DNA of 64,000 nt from Azolla caroliniana (taxonomy: Eukaryota > Plantae > Polypodiophyta): contig JBHGNT010000004.1 of assembly GCA_043228905.1 (NCBI GenBank), positions 23,932,001 through 23,996,000 of the forward strand. The letters are read 5' to 3'. The position numbers and the translations under genes are program-made. Positions 49,201-62,304 of the stretch are shown here, in pieces (within the stretch, counting starts at the first letter, position 1; every line of letters starts with the position of its first letter). The notes beneath the pieces were generated by a model, which searched no databases, was not told the DNA's origin, and saw nothing but the letters and a program-made list of their open reading frames with translations.

Positions 49201-51653
49201 AACTCGAGTTCATATAGAATCTCTTTCTCTTATGCTTGTGCATGTATATTACTCTCATCCAAATACTTATAGCAAGTTGTTCACGACAATATGATTCCAA
49301 GAACAAACCTCTCCGTACACTATTTGTAATAATTTAGTCAAGACCACACATCCTTTGTGAGTTTGGTCCTTTTATATACAACTAATGACAATGAGAAGTT
49401 TTTTGTGTAAACAATGATCCGTGAAAGGATTTCCTAGTGCATTTTTGGTACCCACGGAATGATAAGACATGTGCTCCATCATGGTGCAACATTTTTGAGA
49501 TAGTTGATGTACTCGTAGCTTTGCAAGTGTCTACAATTATACCTTAAGTTCTAATGTTTGTTACAATGATCACGAGTACATGTATGAGATTCTTTATTCA
49601 ATATCTAAGTTCCAACTTCTATATATTTCCTTTATTGTGGTTGCGTTGATATTCTAAATTCCAGGCTCATGTAATGATTCAGATAATGTTCATTCCTAAT
49701 AGAATATGATATCCTCTATGTGTACCTAGGATACTCTTGCTTAGTCTACATAGCCAATGCTATTGATGTTGTTGGGGTCTTTTCTTAAAAACAAGTTTTA
49801 AAATAAACATACGATTTTTTGTTGTTTTGAGTCATTTTTCAAATTTCATATCCATATATTTTCTACTTTGGATATCGATTGATAGCGAGTTAAAATTCTC
49901 TTATCTACTTTTTGGATATATGCATATAATAACAATATCCCATCATGATAAGGAACATTCATGTGCTCTAATATTGGGTTGTAGTACAACCATCCTTGTG
50001 TTAGCTTATCTCTAATGAGATAGATAGTTTTGTACATGGTATAGAAACTCATATTTGTTGGTTGTGCACTCTATACTTTACGAGATTCTCTACAACTTTT
50101 GACTCACTAATTTTTATCTAATAGAATTTGTCATAATGTTTAATGCATGTATGGCCTCTCCACTTTGCAGTTTATATCGTACATTATGATGCTTGGTATT
50201 GCCTAAAAGCCACTTTAGGTCAATTTGCTTGAACCTCTTCCAAATTGAACCTAAATGTTATACGATGTTTCTTATGTCCTTGGATGTTTGTTTCATCAAA
50301 ACATATGTATGAAAGATATTTGCCACTTTGACGTTAATTTCCAAAATAAGTAAAGATCAAAGGATTCTAACGTACAAAAGGGAAAACGATTAAAGATCTT
50401 ATGATGTACAAGGTCATTGTCTCTCAATGGTCACCAAGATAGGTGAGAAAATATTTTCCACATTTCACAACATGTTGGATGATATTTACAAATTAAAATT
50501 ATCATCAATTTAGTGTGAGTTTGAGCTCTATTCTAGTTTAGTTTTGTGCCGTAGTATGTAAAATTATATTCATTGATAATATGTTAGATATAATCCTTTT
50601 TAGGCTCTCCGTCAAAATACCTAACAATCAATGGAGGTTAGAGTTGAAAGTTGTAAATGTAGCTACAACTTATTTCCTACAAACATTGGCTTTACGAATT
50701 CATTTCCCAAAAGCCAGGGATCGTCAACAATAACATTGCCTTTTAAAGCACAATAGGATAATCATTTTCTTTAATCATGAATAAAATAACAACTAACACG
50801 CACTTTTCTTCTATTACATGGCTTGCCAAATTCACTTTCTATGGTTTCAAAATGGTAATTATACAAACACAGAAGGGATAAATGCTTTTCTCTAGCTGTA
50901 GACAACATATGCCAATTGTCATTCAATCTAAAAGCTTTCAAATGGTTCATTTTTATGAGTGTTTGAGGGAGGAAATCTCGATGCACATACATAAGTCATG
51001 AACCACGCATAAACAATGGTCATTTTTCACTACCAGATATACACATAGAATTTGTGGCTCAATGATGTAAAGTAAAAAAAACGGCCATTTTTCAAAAATA
51101 CCCATCGAAAATTTTGTGATTGTGTATTAGATGTCATGGCCATGCCCCCATAAAACGGCACACCAATTTTGTAAGGATAGGCGATGAGAATGAATTAGAG
51201 CAAATTAAGAATTTCCTATGAGCATAAAAAGGACTCTATGTTGCATTTGAGAACAAATCTTCTTTGGAGTATGAATCAACGTGTAAGCAAAAAACTCATG
51301 AAATATCGAGAATAAACTTACATATCATGCATAAGAAAGATGCATAGAGACACTAAGAGTTGACATAGCACAAAAAGAAACTTTGAAACACATAATAATA
51401 TGGTATTATCTCCCTTGTACTTATAAGCCAAAACCTAAGGAATAAAGCAAATGTAGTTATTTCTTGTAAAAACAAACAACAATATGTATAGCAAATGTTC
51501 CAAAATAAACAACAAGTTGAACAACAATATAGCAAATGTTCCAAAGTAAACAACCCCCTTGTGCGATTATTCTTTGGGTGGGGAGGGGTATACATGTTGG
51601 GGTGTTTGAAACTCAAACTTGGCTTCATGAAACAATAAGGTACCCTTGTGAAA

Positions 51654-51698
<45 letters not shown>

Positions 51699-51971
51699 GA
51701 GTTCGAGTAGAGGACCAAGGGGTAAGGAGGGGCACACTTAGGGGGGTGGTGGATTGGGGACTAGAAGACCACTTCAGTCTACATGTGGTGATTAGTTATT
51801 AGTAAGGCAATATAAAAATAGTGATTGGTACTACTACATACATTACATTCCATACACATTACAAACATTGGCACTTAAAAGAGTGTTTGGGGGCCTCTTA
51901 AAGTGGGTTGGAGTTTTATGGAGACAAGATTTAATAAGTGTGTTGTGGGTTAGAACTCTTTTTCTTTGTTT

Positions 51972-53846
51972 CTAAGTGTTGGATGAGGAGGAAGCTTGGA
52001 TGGCACGGGCGAGGCCGAACGCGGCGGCCGACGCGAGGGCCCCGATGACCGACGTCTGGACCGCGCTCTTCAACGGGTTCATGCCCGTCATGCGGCCCTT
52101 CACGAGGCCAAACACGAAGAGCGCGGCGAGCGTGATGCCGATGGACACGAATAGCGCGGCCCGGAGGTGTGGCATGGCCATGTACGGGCTGAGCGGGATG
52201 AGGCCGCCCACAATGTACGACATGGCGATTGTGGCCGCGCTCTTCAGTGCGCGGCCCGGGTCCGGCTTCTCCAGCCCCAGCTCGAACCTCATCATGAATT
52301 CCAGCCAGTCGTCAGGCCGCTTCTGTAAGGCCTCCACTACTGGCCGGTATTCGGCCGGCTGAAGCCCGAACTGCTCGAGTATCTCCGCCACCTCCTCCGC
52401 CTCTGCCCGCCCATATACACCACACCACACCCATCATCTCATCTCATCTCATATCACCACTAACATCTCTCTCTCTCTCTCTCTCTAATCTAAACCTAAA
52501 AAGAAACCACATCCTAATTTGTACATATTCCTCAGATTTTCTTTACTTCAAATTCTCCTAACTTAAAGAACAAAAAAAACTCTCCTAAATTTCATTTGTT
52601 TTGTTTCCTGAATTAATCTCGATTTTGTTTATTCTCCTTTTTTATTTTATTTGAAAAAAACCACAAATTATTTGTTTTATTTTCTTGAATTAATCGGTTT
52701 ATGTTTAAATTCTTCTATTTTTTCAAAAAACAAAATATGAATTATTTGTTTTATTTTCTTGAATTGATCGGTTTTGTTACTTCACCTTTCTCAGGACACT
52801 CCACCATTTCCCGCCTCTCTCTCATCTCCTCCCGCTTGTAGTGATCCATATCACTCTTCGCTGCCAGGTACCTGTAGCATCCATGGCGGGGAGGGGGACC
52901 GATAAAAATCATCGAAATTTCAAATATACATACATACATTAATATATATATATATATATATATGCGTATTTAGCTTTATTATAACTGTTCTTATAGTCTT
53001 CCCAAGCTGATTTGATCGATACGAAAACCTCCAATCCTATCTATCTATCTATCTATATATGTATATAATTATGTACCTTCATGATCAAATACCAAATTAC
53101 CGTTATTTTCTTTTCTTTTCTTTTACTTGGAAGTGGTACTTGCCACTTGGGATGAATTTAGCAGGTACTTCTAAATCAAAAGTAGTCATTAGGTGAAACC
53201 CTAACCTTTTAGAAGGTTCTGGAGAGTAGTAACTAGATGAAACGTAACCGACGTGACTGCAAATATCCATTTTACGCTAAAGTAAAAAAAAAAAAAAAAA
53301 CATTTAAATTTATGGTAAGACCTCAGTCAGTACCTGATGGGAAAATTAGTGATCGAAACAAAACCCTAAACTGAGCGTGATACAAAATAAGATATAAGTC
53401 GAGCCCTAATCAATGGAAGTAACAATAGCACGGAAACCACCCTAACCCTAACTGATGGTGGAAAGAAGGAATTAGATGCGAGCCGAGGCCTGATTCGTGT
53501 TTGGAATAACGTGATATTACAGGAAAATTTTGAACAAATAGAAATATATGTATATATACAGTATCCATCCATATGTTGTATGTATAACAGTTTGTGCTTT
53601 AGTAGGAGTGGTGTACCCGCCGAGGCCCATGGCTATGGAGCCAGCGGCTACTTCGGCCAGACCGGCAGTGACGACGAGCCTCGAAGAGGCAGAATTGGAG
53701 CCGGACAGGCCTGCGGCCAGGGCGAAGGGGACGGTCAGGCCGTCTGACATGCCGATGATGATGTCGCGGATGAGCTCGCTGGCCGTGAAATGCTTCTCCA
53801 CGTGGGGAACGCCTGCAGAGATGCTGAGAGCACCGGAAGGCGGCAT
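51972..53846 (-). CDS. VIT1: Vacuolar iron transporter (VIT1/CCC1 family), 248 aa; exons 53846-53617, 52871-52786, 52402-51972
   Basis: EKHFTASELIRDIIIGMSDGLTVPFALAAGLSG, AEVAAGSIAMGLGG|YLAAKS, Glu-rich metal-binding loop, WLEFMMRFELGLEKPDP. GT-AG introns give 747 nt including stop. Confidence 0.96.
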
Positions 53847-54033
53847 GATTGGCGATGGCGATGGCGATGGAGATGGCGATGGATCGATCGGCAGGAAAAA
53901 GGAATGGATCAAAGGAAAAAAGAAGCTTCTGTGCAGTGAAGGATCTGGTGGGGCGATGAAGCATGGTTCCACTCAGAAGTAGAGGGGGCTTCTTGTAGCA
54001 GGGCCTGCCCCGGGGGGGGGGGGGGGGGGAGGA

Positions 54034-54119
54034 TGACGTGGCATTTCTAGGGCTTACGTGGCACTTGCCTTTCAAGAAGCCGCGCGTGGAAGGCACGGGT
54101 CTTGCCCGCTGACGTGGCA
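54034..54119 (-). promoter_or_regulatory. ABRE/G-box-like cluster in the VIT1 promoter
   Basis: ACGTGGCA at 54036, 54056 and 54112 (two as TGACGTGGCA) and CGCGTG at 54083, about 190-270 bp upstream of the ATG. Confidence 0.6.
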
Positions 54120-56446
54120 TCGCGATGAATAAACAAAGAAAAAAAAAACAGAAATAAATAAATAAATAAGGTTTACATACATACATAATTCTGGATGTTG
54201 GGTTCGCTTTTGGCTTTTTTGCTTTTGCTTTCCCCCCCCCCCCCACTTTCATCCTTATCTTTTCTTTTTTTTAAAAACTAAAACTAAAAAAATGGATCTG
54301 CTCTCCTCTACTAATTTAGTGGCACTCTGAAGATTTTTGGCTTTATTTATGTTTTTGTCTCTTCATGTTGTTCCTTCCACACACACAACCCCCCCCTTGC
54401 AAAACCTAAATAAATAAATAAATCAGCATTTATTAGCACTATACACAACAAAGGAAAAAGCTAAACATTCATTATTATTAGTGCACACTACTACTAGTGC
54501 ACACCCCACCACCCCAAACCCTTCGCCTTCGCCTTCTTTGGCCTTTGCTAGCTCAAAAGTACCTGCAGCTTGTCCGTCGATCCAAACCCCACTCAACATA
54601 CATATATCTTTTTTATATATATACATATATTTCCCTCCTTGCTTCCTCACTCGCTCATCACCGATGTTCCGCACGACGTGTCACAATCGTCCTCCCCACA
54701 CTTTCTTGCAGCCAACGATTCTTGTTCGATGAATGCGAATCTTCTAGATTCCTACGGGCCACCATTCCATCCTAGAATCATGTTGATGTCAAAGGAAGGC
54801 GTCCGTTGCTTTGAGAAGTTGAAAGCTCTTACACTCGCGGAAGAAAATTTAATCGAGTCGGGTATTTGAGCACACCGTTTTTATAGTGCTAGTTCACTTG
54901 TAAGAAAAGCAAGCGTGTGTCCTTCCTCTTATTTTGGTATTCATGCACAATGGTGATTATATTGACATTCGTTGTGCACTTGTTCAAGCTACTAATTCCT
55001 TATTCATGTGCAACTCTGAATTTTATGCATCGAATCATAATCAATGATCACAAAGATTGCAAAATAAGTGGTTATACATCATGTTGTGATATGTTTTTCA
55101 GGGAGAGTTAATTGAAGGGATTCAAACGTATTCATTGACATGAAAATTAGAGATTGCATCACATAGACTAACAAAATGCATATATCTAACACAATAGTCA
55201 TGTATGTACAAAACTAATGGACTTAGGAACTTGGAAGGATAAAGCTCCCTATATTCTCAATGGGAATGTAGCACATTTAAGATTACTGGAAATAGACTTG
55301 TCAATTGATAGAATGGAACTTGATATATATTATTACCAAGCTATATGGCTACAAGTTGCAAGTTGAAACCAAACTATGTAAAAACTATTTTTATAAAATT
55401 AGAGGTTAAAGTTAAAGTTAGACATATAATATGTACTAAGCCATGAAAACCAAAGTATCTGGAAAAAGATCAACTTTAGAGACCACTCATGAACCATGGA
55501 TATCCTTTTTCCTTAAAGAACATACATTACAATCATTGCTCCTCATAAAGAATGATGTTTAGTTTGCAACAATTCGATACTTGAATGGATAACCAAATGA
55601 AGTAACTTTTGAAGTACAACTAGGACTCGAGATTGAGGTTCAAGATTAACTATCATCATTAAAGAGTTCGCAATGTAGTTTGATGACAATGTTACTTACA
55701 CATGTATGATTGTTTAGACAATCATAGAACTTTATAGATTCCAAAGGATAACAAGTCGTATTCTAGTGCCCTTGAAACCTAAATTATATAGTACCTATAA
55801 CATTCTAAGATAATGAGAAATTCTAATGAAGGTTACATGATGCATATCTCAATACCAAAAATAATGAAGACCAATATACAACTCTTAAGTGTCTTTGTAA
55901 GTGGTTGTAGGTAAATAGTTACATTTGGTTGGCAACTACGGCTTAACATTCTAGATTATGTGATGCTTGCAAAAATATCTCCCTTAATCATTGGGGAGTG
56001 AATACCCAATTGGTGATACATGAAATGCTTGAGTGATGTTTAAATATTATGTGTGCCCTAGTTTCATTCTAGTTATTGTCGTGTTATATATTCTAGGGGT
56101 GTCCTTGTTTCATTCTAGTAACTCTTGCCATGATAGGGGTACCCATGATAGGGGTCAAGTTTGGTGTACATGATCAATTCCATATTGTTCGTGACATGGC
56201 TAGTTCTTGGTCTTTCGGAACTTCCTCCATATTGAGGTCTCATATTTCTTGTATTGGCTATTGTGATGAAGCTTCCTTCTTGTACATTTGTGTTGAGTGT
56301 GGGAATATGAACATACTAGAGGAACCCCTCTAGGATAAGCAATCTTTTCTCTATTCTCATTAGTAAGGATTTGAGTACACCTTTAGTGCTCAATGGTATA
56401 AAAACTAAGTGTGAAAACAACGTAAAGTAAACTTAAGGATAAAAAT

Positions 56447-57185
56447 TGATGAAGACCAAAATTGGCCCATAAGGCAATTGATTACAATAATGGGATGTGT
56501 ACCCGATCAGTGGAAAAAAAACACATAAATAAAAGAGTTCACATGTGGTACAAAAAATGTTATGGGTTGTAACATGTTCTATAGAAGAAAAGGCTATGCG
56601 TTGAAACTATAGTTTCATTTCCATCCAAGTCTCTTAAAAAGGAGCGGGGGGTTGAAGGGTTTTGATACGGGTGTGCCCCATGGTCCCGATGTAAATGGTA
56701 TCCCAATCATAGCTTGCTTCTATGTGGAGTAACTCCCATTCCCATATCTTCTTAATTGCTTCTACATAACAACTAGTGATTTCGAAGCTGGATATTTGAG
56801 GGTGATTGGTTTCTCTTTGGTTTTCTGCTTCAATGTGGAGAGCCCGAATGGTGCAAATGTGTCCACACTCATCGTTCCTCCATGTCCCTTAAAAGATTCA
56901 ATGGTTAAGTCTTGGTGAATATTAGAAAGGTTATGGTTAACATTTTGTAGCTTATTCTCTCTATGCCATTTTAGCTCTAACATATACCTACCTAGTGTCT
57001 TGATGTCCGAGGTATATAATAATTGGGAGATGGTCCAGTATGTCTTTGTATTTTCCCCTTATCTTAACGTAAGTTGGACATTTGCATGTAAAATGGTACT
57101 CATCCTCTATCTCTTTGTGACATAATATATATATATATCCTTTGTCTCAAGGAACGCCATTAACACAACCATTTTCAATCTCAAG
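56447..57185 (-). repeat. Second, more diverged copy of the 45150-46260 repeat
   Basis: ORF 56762-56983 ELKWHRENKLQNVNHNLSNIHQ matches the minus-strand translation near 45900-45970. Confidence 0.72.
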
Positions 57186-57764
57186 TTGGTGTTGATAACT
57201 CTTAATGCATTCAGTAAGAACATATCTAGATATTTTAGTTGTATAATAAATCCGCGAAATGTTTTTTATAGTACAAAATTTTAGATGGGAGTGGCTCTAA
57301 TGGGTAGATCCATGTCGAGTATAGATTTACCATATTTCTTTTGAGCCGCAACTACATCTCCCACCTCTTTGACCCCCAAACAAAACAAGCAATTGAATTG
57401 AGAGCGCAATCTCTCCTTTCTAGGTCCATGTAATAATCGGGAAGACGCAACTAACTCTTTTTGCAAAGAATTATAGTTCTCTCTAATAGATGATGATTGT
57501 CATATAAATAACAAGAGCATGTCATGCCATGAGACAACCAAGTGGTGAGAACATGAAGTGCAAGGGATCCTAAGTGAAATACACCCATCCAATTATTGCC
57601 ACCATGAAGCCTTAATCGTTGTTCTCTCATGTGTTATCCTCTCATTCGCAATGAAATATTGAGCAATATATATCCATTGTTGAGAGTCTGAACACATGTC
57701 TTGCAATAATGAAAATCTATGGGTCATCATATGCATTGATAAGTCCAATATTGCAACCCCCCCT

Positions 57765-58120
57765 CGTCAAGAGAGAGAGAGAGAGAGAATTTAATGGAAA
57801 GTATTATATTGCACTATAAGATGGAATCATTACAAAGAGTAGGCAAAACATGGAGCTCTAAAATGGTCTTGAACCAATTTGGTTTTGAGATGATTAATAA
57901 ATGCTTATTTATAAGTCCCTCTACAGAGTAGTCTAGAATATTCTTATGATACCTTATATATTTAGATTATATATATTTTATGTTATATATATAAACATAT
58001 TATAATTTATTACAATGGTTAAGGATTTTACATGTATATAACAAGGTTGTGGGTTCAAATCCTTTTGAGGCATCATGTGAGTGTCATCATGACAAGACAT
58101 CATCATTATGTGAGTGGCAT
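57765..58120 (-). mobile_element. Solo or remnant LTR of the chromovirus family
   Basis: Minus strand ATGACACTCACATGATGCCTCAAAAGGATTTGAACCCACAACCTTG...TATAAATA...AAATTGGTTCAA...(CT)nTGACG aligns with LTR 61746-62216. No TSD found. Confidence 0.72.
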
Positions 58121-58646
58121 CATATTTAAGAAGTTGTAAAATAGAATGCAATGTCTTCTTTGTCAATGGAAACAATGGCAAATAATATAATATCATGGGT
58201 TCCATAATACATTGTACAATATTTAGTCATTACATGAAATGACCAAGATTGTGACTTTCAATACATGAACTTATCCTTTAACTTGCTAGACATCCATTCA
58301 ATCAATTAGCTATTCGTAACATTCATTCCCAGTGGAAACCCAAAATGTAAAAAAATAAACTCTGAGCCTTTTCTAAGAACAAATCCTTGCCATCCTATAC
58401 ATTAATGCATTACATGAGAATTGTTGAAGAAGACTCCACCTTGGGCATTAGTTAACTTAGACATATGATGAATGATCTTAATGTTTCACAATGTTATATC
58501 CCATGCCTTTACTCCCATATAATTCACATTTTGTGAAAAGCTCACCAAAATTTATTCCATGAGAGTATCAAAGAAGTTGAAGCAAAAGAAAAGAGTTAAC
58601 GTGTAATGAAGGTTTTCCAAGGATTTATACATGTCAATTGCATGAT

Positions 58647-58687
<41 letters not shown>

Positions 58688-59749
58688 ACTCTCAATATTT
58701 CTTCATGTAATTAGTTGGCAATTAAACAAAAGTATGCTCAAGTAAGTAAAAAGAATTTCAATCAAATCACGAGGAGACTTGAAATTCTCTTTTTCTCTAT
58801 AATTGTTCTCTTTCTCAATATCTAGTTCCTCCAAGCCTCTCCCTTGTTGGCCACCTCTCATGTTGTCTTGGTCTCTTGCCCTCTAATTGTCCCGTTCGAT
58901 CTACAATCAACACATACTGGTGCATTTGAATTAGCTGAATAATCCTCTACATTGTGGATGGAATGGATATCCTCAAAATGTTCCTTAGTTTATTTGTATT
59001 TCTCAATCAACCTCCTCATGGTGTTGGTACAATGAATTTTCTACATATTTGAAAACACAAAATATAAGAAACTAATTTACATGCGAAATGGGTTTAGGAG
59101 ACAAAAAATTCAAAAACACTTAAAACATTAGGCATTGAATTTTACAAAACCTATTGTACTCCAATCCAAGTCTTTGTTTTTCAATCCAAAGGTTTTGAAT
59201 TACGCCAATCTAGATTTTCACTCTAACATAGTGTGAACCTTGATATCCCTGAAGTATTGTTAAGAAAGATTATTGTTGAAACATACCAAATGATGATGCA
59301 TTAGTGGTTTTTAGCACTACCTCAATTAGAGGATGCATGATTCTATTATTTTAAGAGGCCCACGATTAGAAAATGGAGGCCGATGAACCAACAACTCAAA
59401 ATGGGTCCATCAACCATCAATATTTGTGCTTCAACGTCCAGAGAATGGAGAATAATTACAACTCAAAATGGGTCCTTCAATTATCAATATTTATGCTTCA
59501 ACGTGACTCTAGAGAATGGAGCATAAATTTTGCTTCGATAAACCACACAATGCTCATAGATGTTATTGCTAGATTAAGCATTTAATTTAAGCTAGTCTTA
59601 CTAGAATGCCTTCAAGAAATATAGAATTTCTAGCGTCCTTGGTTGAGAGCCATGAATGGAGTTGTTATTACTTGAATGCCTTATATAAAGATAATAAGAA
59701 CAATGAACATGTGTTAGTATGGTGAAATTTGGATATTGTTATTCTTATT

Positions 59750-61745
59750 GTTTTTTTTTTTCCCAAAAAGATTTCCTTCATTAGTATTAAGAAAAAAACG
59801 CCATAAGGCTATAAACTGTACAATTTAGAGAGTATTATATACAAAAAGGATAATCAGGGGAAGGGCCAAGGATGATGATACTTCCAGATTGGTCCTTGAG
59901 AGGAGATCGTGAATAGAGGCAACTTCCTCCATAATTGTAGTAATTTTTTCCTTTTCTTAAGAACAACCTCCGAAGGGCCCAACATATTGTCATACTGCCC
60001 ACGCACTACTGCTAGTAAGTTGTCCCATAATTCTAGCAATATATCTGAGAGAAGGGGTACAATGGAATCATATCGTCTTTTACATCGATACTTCCATAAG
60101 GTCCATAATGTAACCGTGGCTATTGTTTTCCATACTTGGGTTGCACGCATTTGCTTTCGAGGCTACTGAAAAGGCGAGACAGATATTAGATGCCTGTTGA
60201 TGACAGTCTTAGCCTCTAGAGCATCATCCGCCTCATACAATAATAGACTGGAATGGAGAACCCCCCATACTGCTGATCCCTAGGAGAATAGGCAACCTAC
60301 ATTAATTGTCAGGAATAAATAAAGAACTTTATTCCATACTTGTTGAGCTAGTGAATAGGACCAGAGAGCATGCTTGGTAGTTTCCTGGAAGTCACCACAA
60401 TAACTACACTGTCTAAGAACGGGTGCCACATTTCCTTTCAAAGCTTGACCTACCGGCAGTGTTGCATGTAACAAAAGCCATCTGAAGAGAGTGTATTGTG
60501 TTGGTCCCCTAAAAGACCAAATCCATTTCCAATAAGCCTTCAAATGACTGCTTGATACACCCCACTTATTCCAGTGCTTTTGAGCTATAGGAGTTGGAAT
60601 ATTCTTAGACATGAGTAAGGTTCTACCAAATTTCACAGTATACTGAAAGAACGGAACTTTTTGCATTGGATCCATCATGGGACTAGTCCAAGACCATCCC
60701 CCTGGGTCCCACATTAGCCTACTAATTGGTTGGCATGCATATAGCCAAAGCATATCCAACAAATGGGTTGTTGACGGTTGTGGATCCAGGAGCCATTTCT
60801 TACCAGTTTTGGCAATCACCCTAATTGGAACAACACGTAGGTTTTGTAGCAAATTATCAGAGGGTGTGGTGTATAAGGCTGCAATTTATTATCCAATTAA
60901 ATATGGAAATAAAAAATACACCTGTTTATAGAAATTCCCTTAACAAAGAGCATTATGCCATTCATTAGGCAACCAAACCACATATGCTCCTGCATTGGCT
61001 GAAGTCGCGATGAGGCCTGAGAGAAGGCTATTGAAATATCCATTGTCATTGTCTTTGCCCCATATGTCGAATGTAACTACTTAAGGCGATCCACTTCTGG
61101 CATCTCTGAAAATGAATCTAGGATCCTACTGATGTTGCTGGCCGATTATCAAGTTTTCCCCATGCAAGACGAGGACTAAGGCCCAATACATTTCCAATAG
61201 AATCCCGAACGAGAGAATTAGCCAAAAGCGGTTGATTCATCCAACCATCCCATGTGTTAGGCATCTCCTTGCGTAGAAAAATCTTGATTGCATCCCATGC
61301 TCTGACAATCCCCAGTAGAAATCTATTGGATGTTAGATTCCGTCTCGGTGTTTGAATATCCGTCAAGAACATCCATTTTAAAGAAGGCAACCAGTTTCCT
61401 CCCGTCTTGGGATATAATTGCATCAACTGATTAAGCAAAATACCCTTCCATGCCTCTGCCCTTGGCAATAGTCCTCTGACTACAAACTTTATCAAGAGAG
61501 CTCGAGATTGTATCAAGGGATCTATTAGAGCCAACCCTCTCTAACTTTTTGGCCTAATCAAAACATCCCATGCCACCTTGGCCATTGCACGAGATCCATT
61601 TTTTCCACCCCAAAGGAAGTTACGTATGAGGCTTTGAACTTTCATGATTGCCGACCGAGAGAACAACCAAGCTGATGTGATAAGCCACATTGAAGCCAAC
61701 AACACCGAATTTGCAATGACAACCCGACCTGCAAGGGATAACTGC
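59750..61745 (-). mobile_element. 3' part of a second L1-clade LINE with poly(A) tail, interrupted by a Gypsy at 61746
   Basis: LSLAGRVVIANSVLLASMW..IRNFLWGG..KVAWDVL; zinc finger CSYCGDFQETTKHALW; LWTLWKYRC; T-run at ~59749-59761. Confidence 0.88.
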
Positions 61746-62304
61746 TATCATGATAACAATCACATCATGCATCGAAAGGATCATGACACTCACATTATGA
61801 CTCAAAAGGATTTGAACCCACGACCTTGTTGTACACATGTCAAATCTTTAACCATTGTATTAATTTTCTTATATGTATAATCTTTAGAATATGAAATCTA
61901 ATATCATAGGAATATTCTATATTACTCTACATTCTAGAATGACCTAGAATATTCTAGAGTGTTCTATACCACTAGAACCTTCTAGAATACTCTAGAGATC
62001 TTCTCGATTACTCTACATTCTAGGATAACCTAGAATATTCTAGAGTGTTCTCTATTACTTATAAATAGGGATCTACCACCCATCCCAAACCTAAATTGGT
62101 TCAACGCCATTTTGTGGCCTACTCTTTGTAATCCATTTTACGCTTCAATATAATAATTCTCTTTCAATTATCTCTCTATCTCTTTCTCTCTCTCTTTCTC
62201 TCTCTCAGTCTTGATAGTTTGAACCAATTTTTTTCCTTTCATCTCTTCGTCTTCCACAAACCCTAACAAGTTCTCTTCTTCCTTCTCCTCTCCCCTCATA
62301 AGCT

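Noticed and set aside
12066-53846. ERG28-NHX-VIT1 as a functional gene cluster
   Set aside because: Two vacuolar transporters 20 kb apart and separated by TEs can be chance; there is no evidence of shared regulation or conserved synteny here.
53599-53972. Upstream out-of-frame ATG (~53964) or GTG extension of VIT1
   Set aside because: The TSS is unknown and may lie at or downstream of it, so a uORF cannot be supported.
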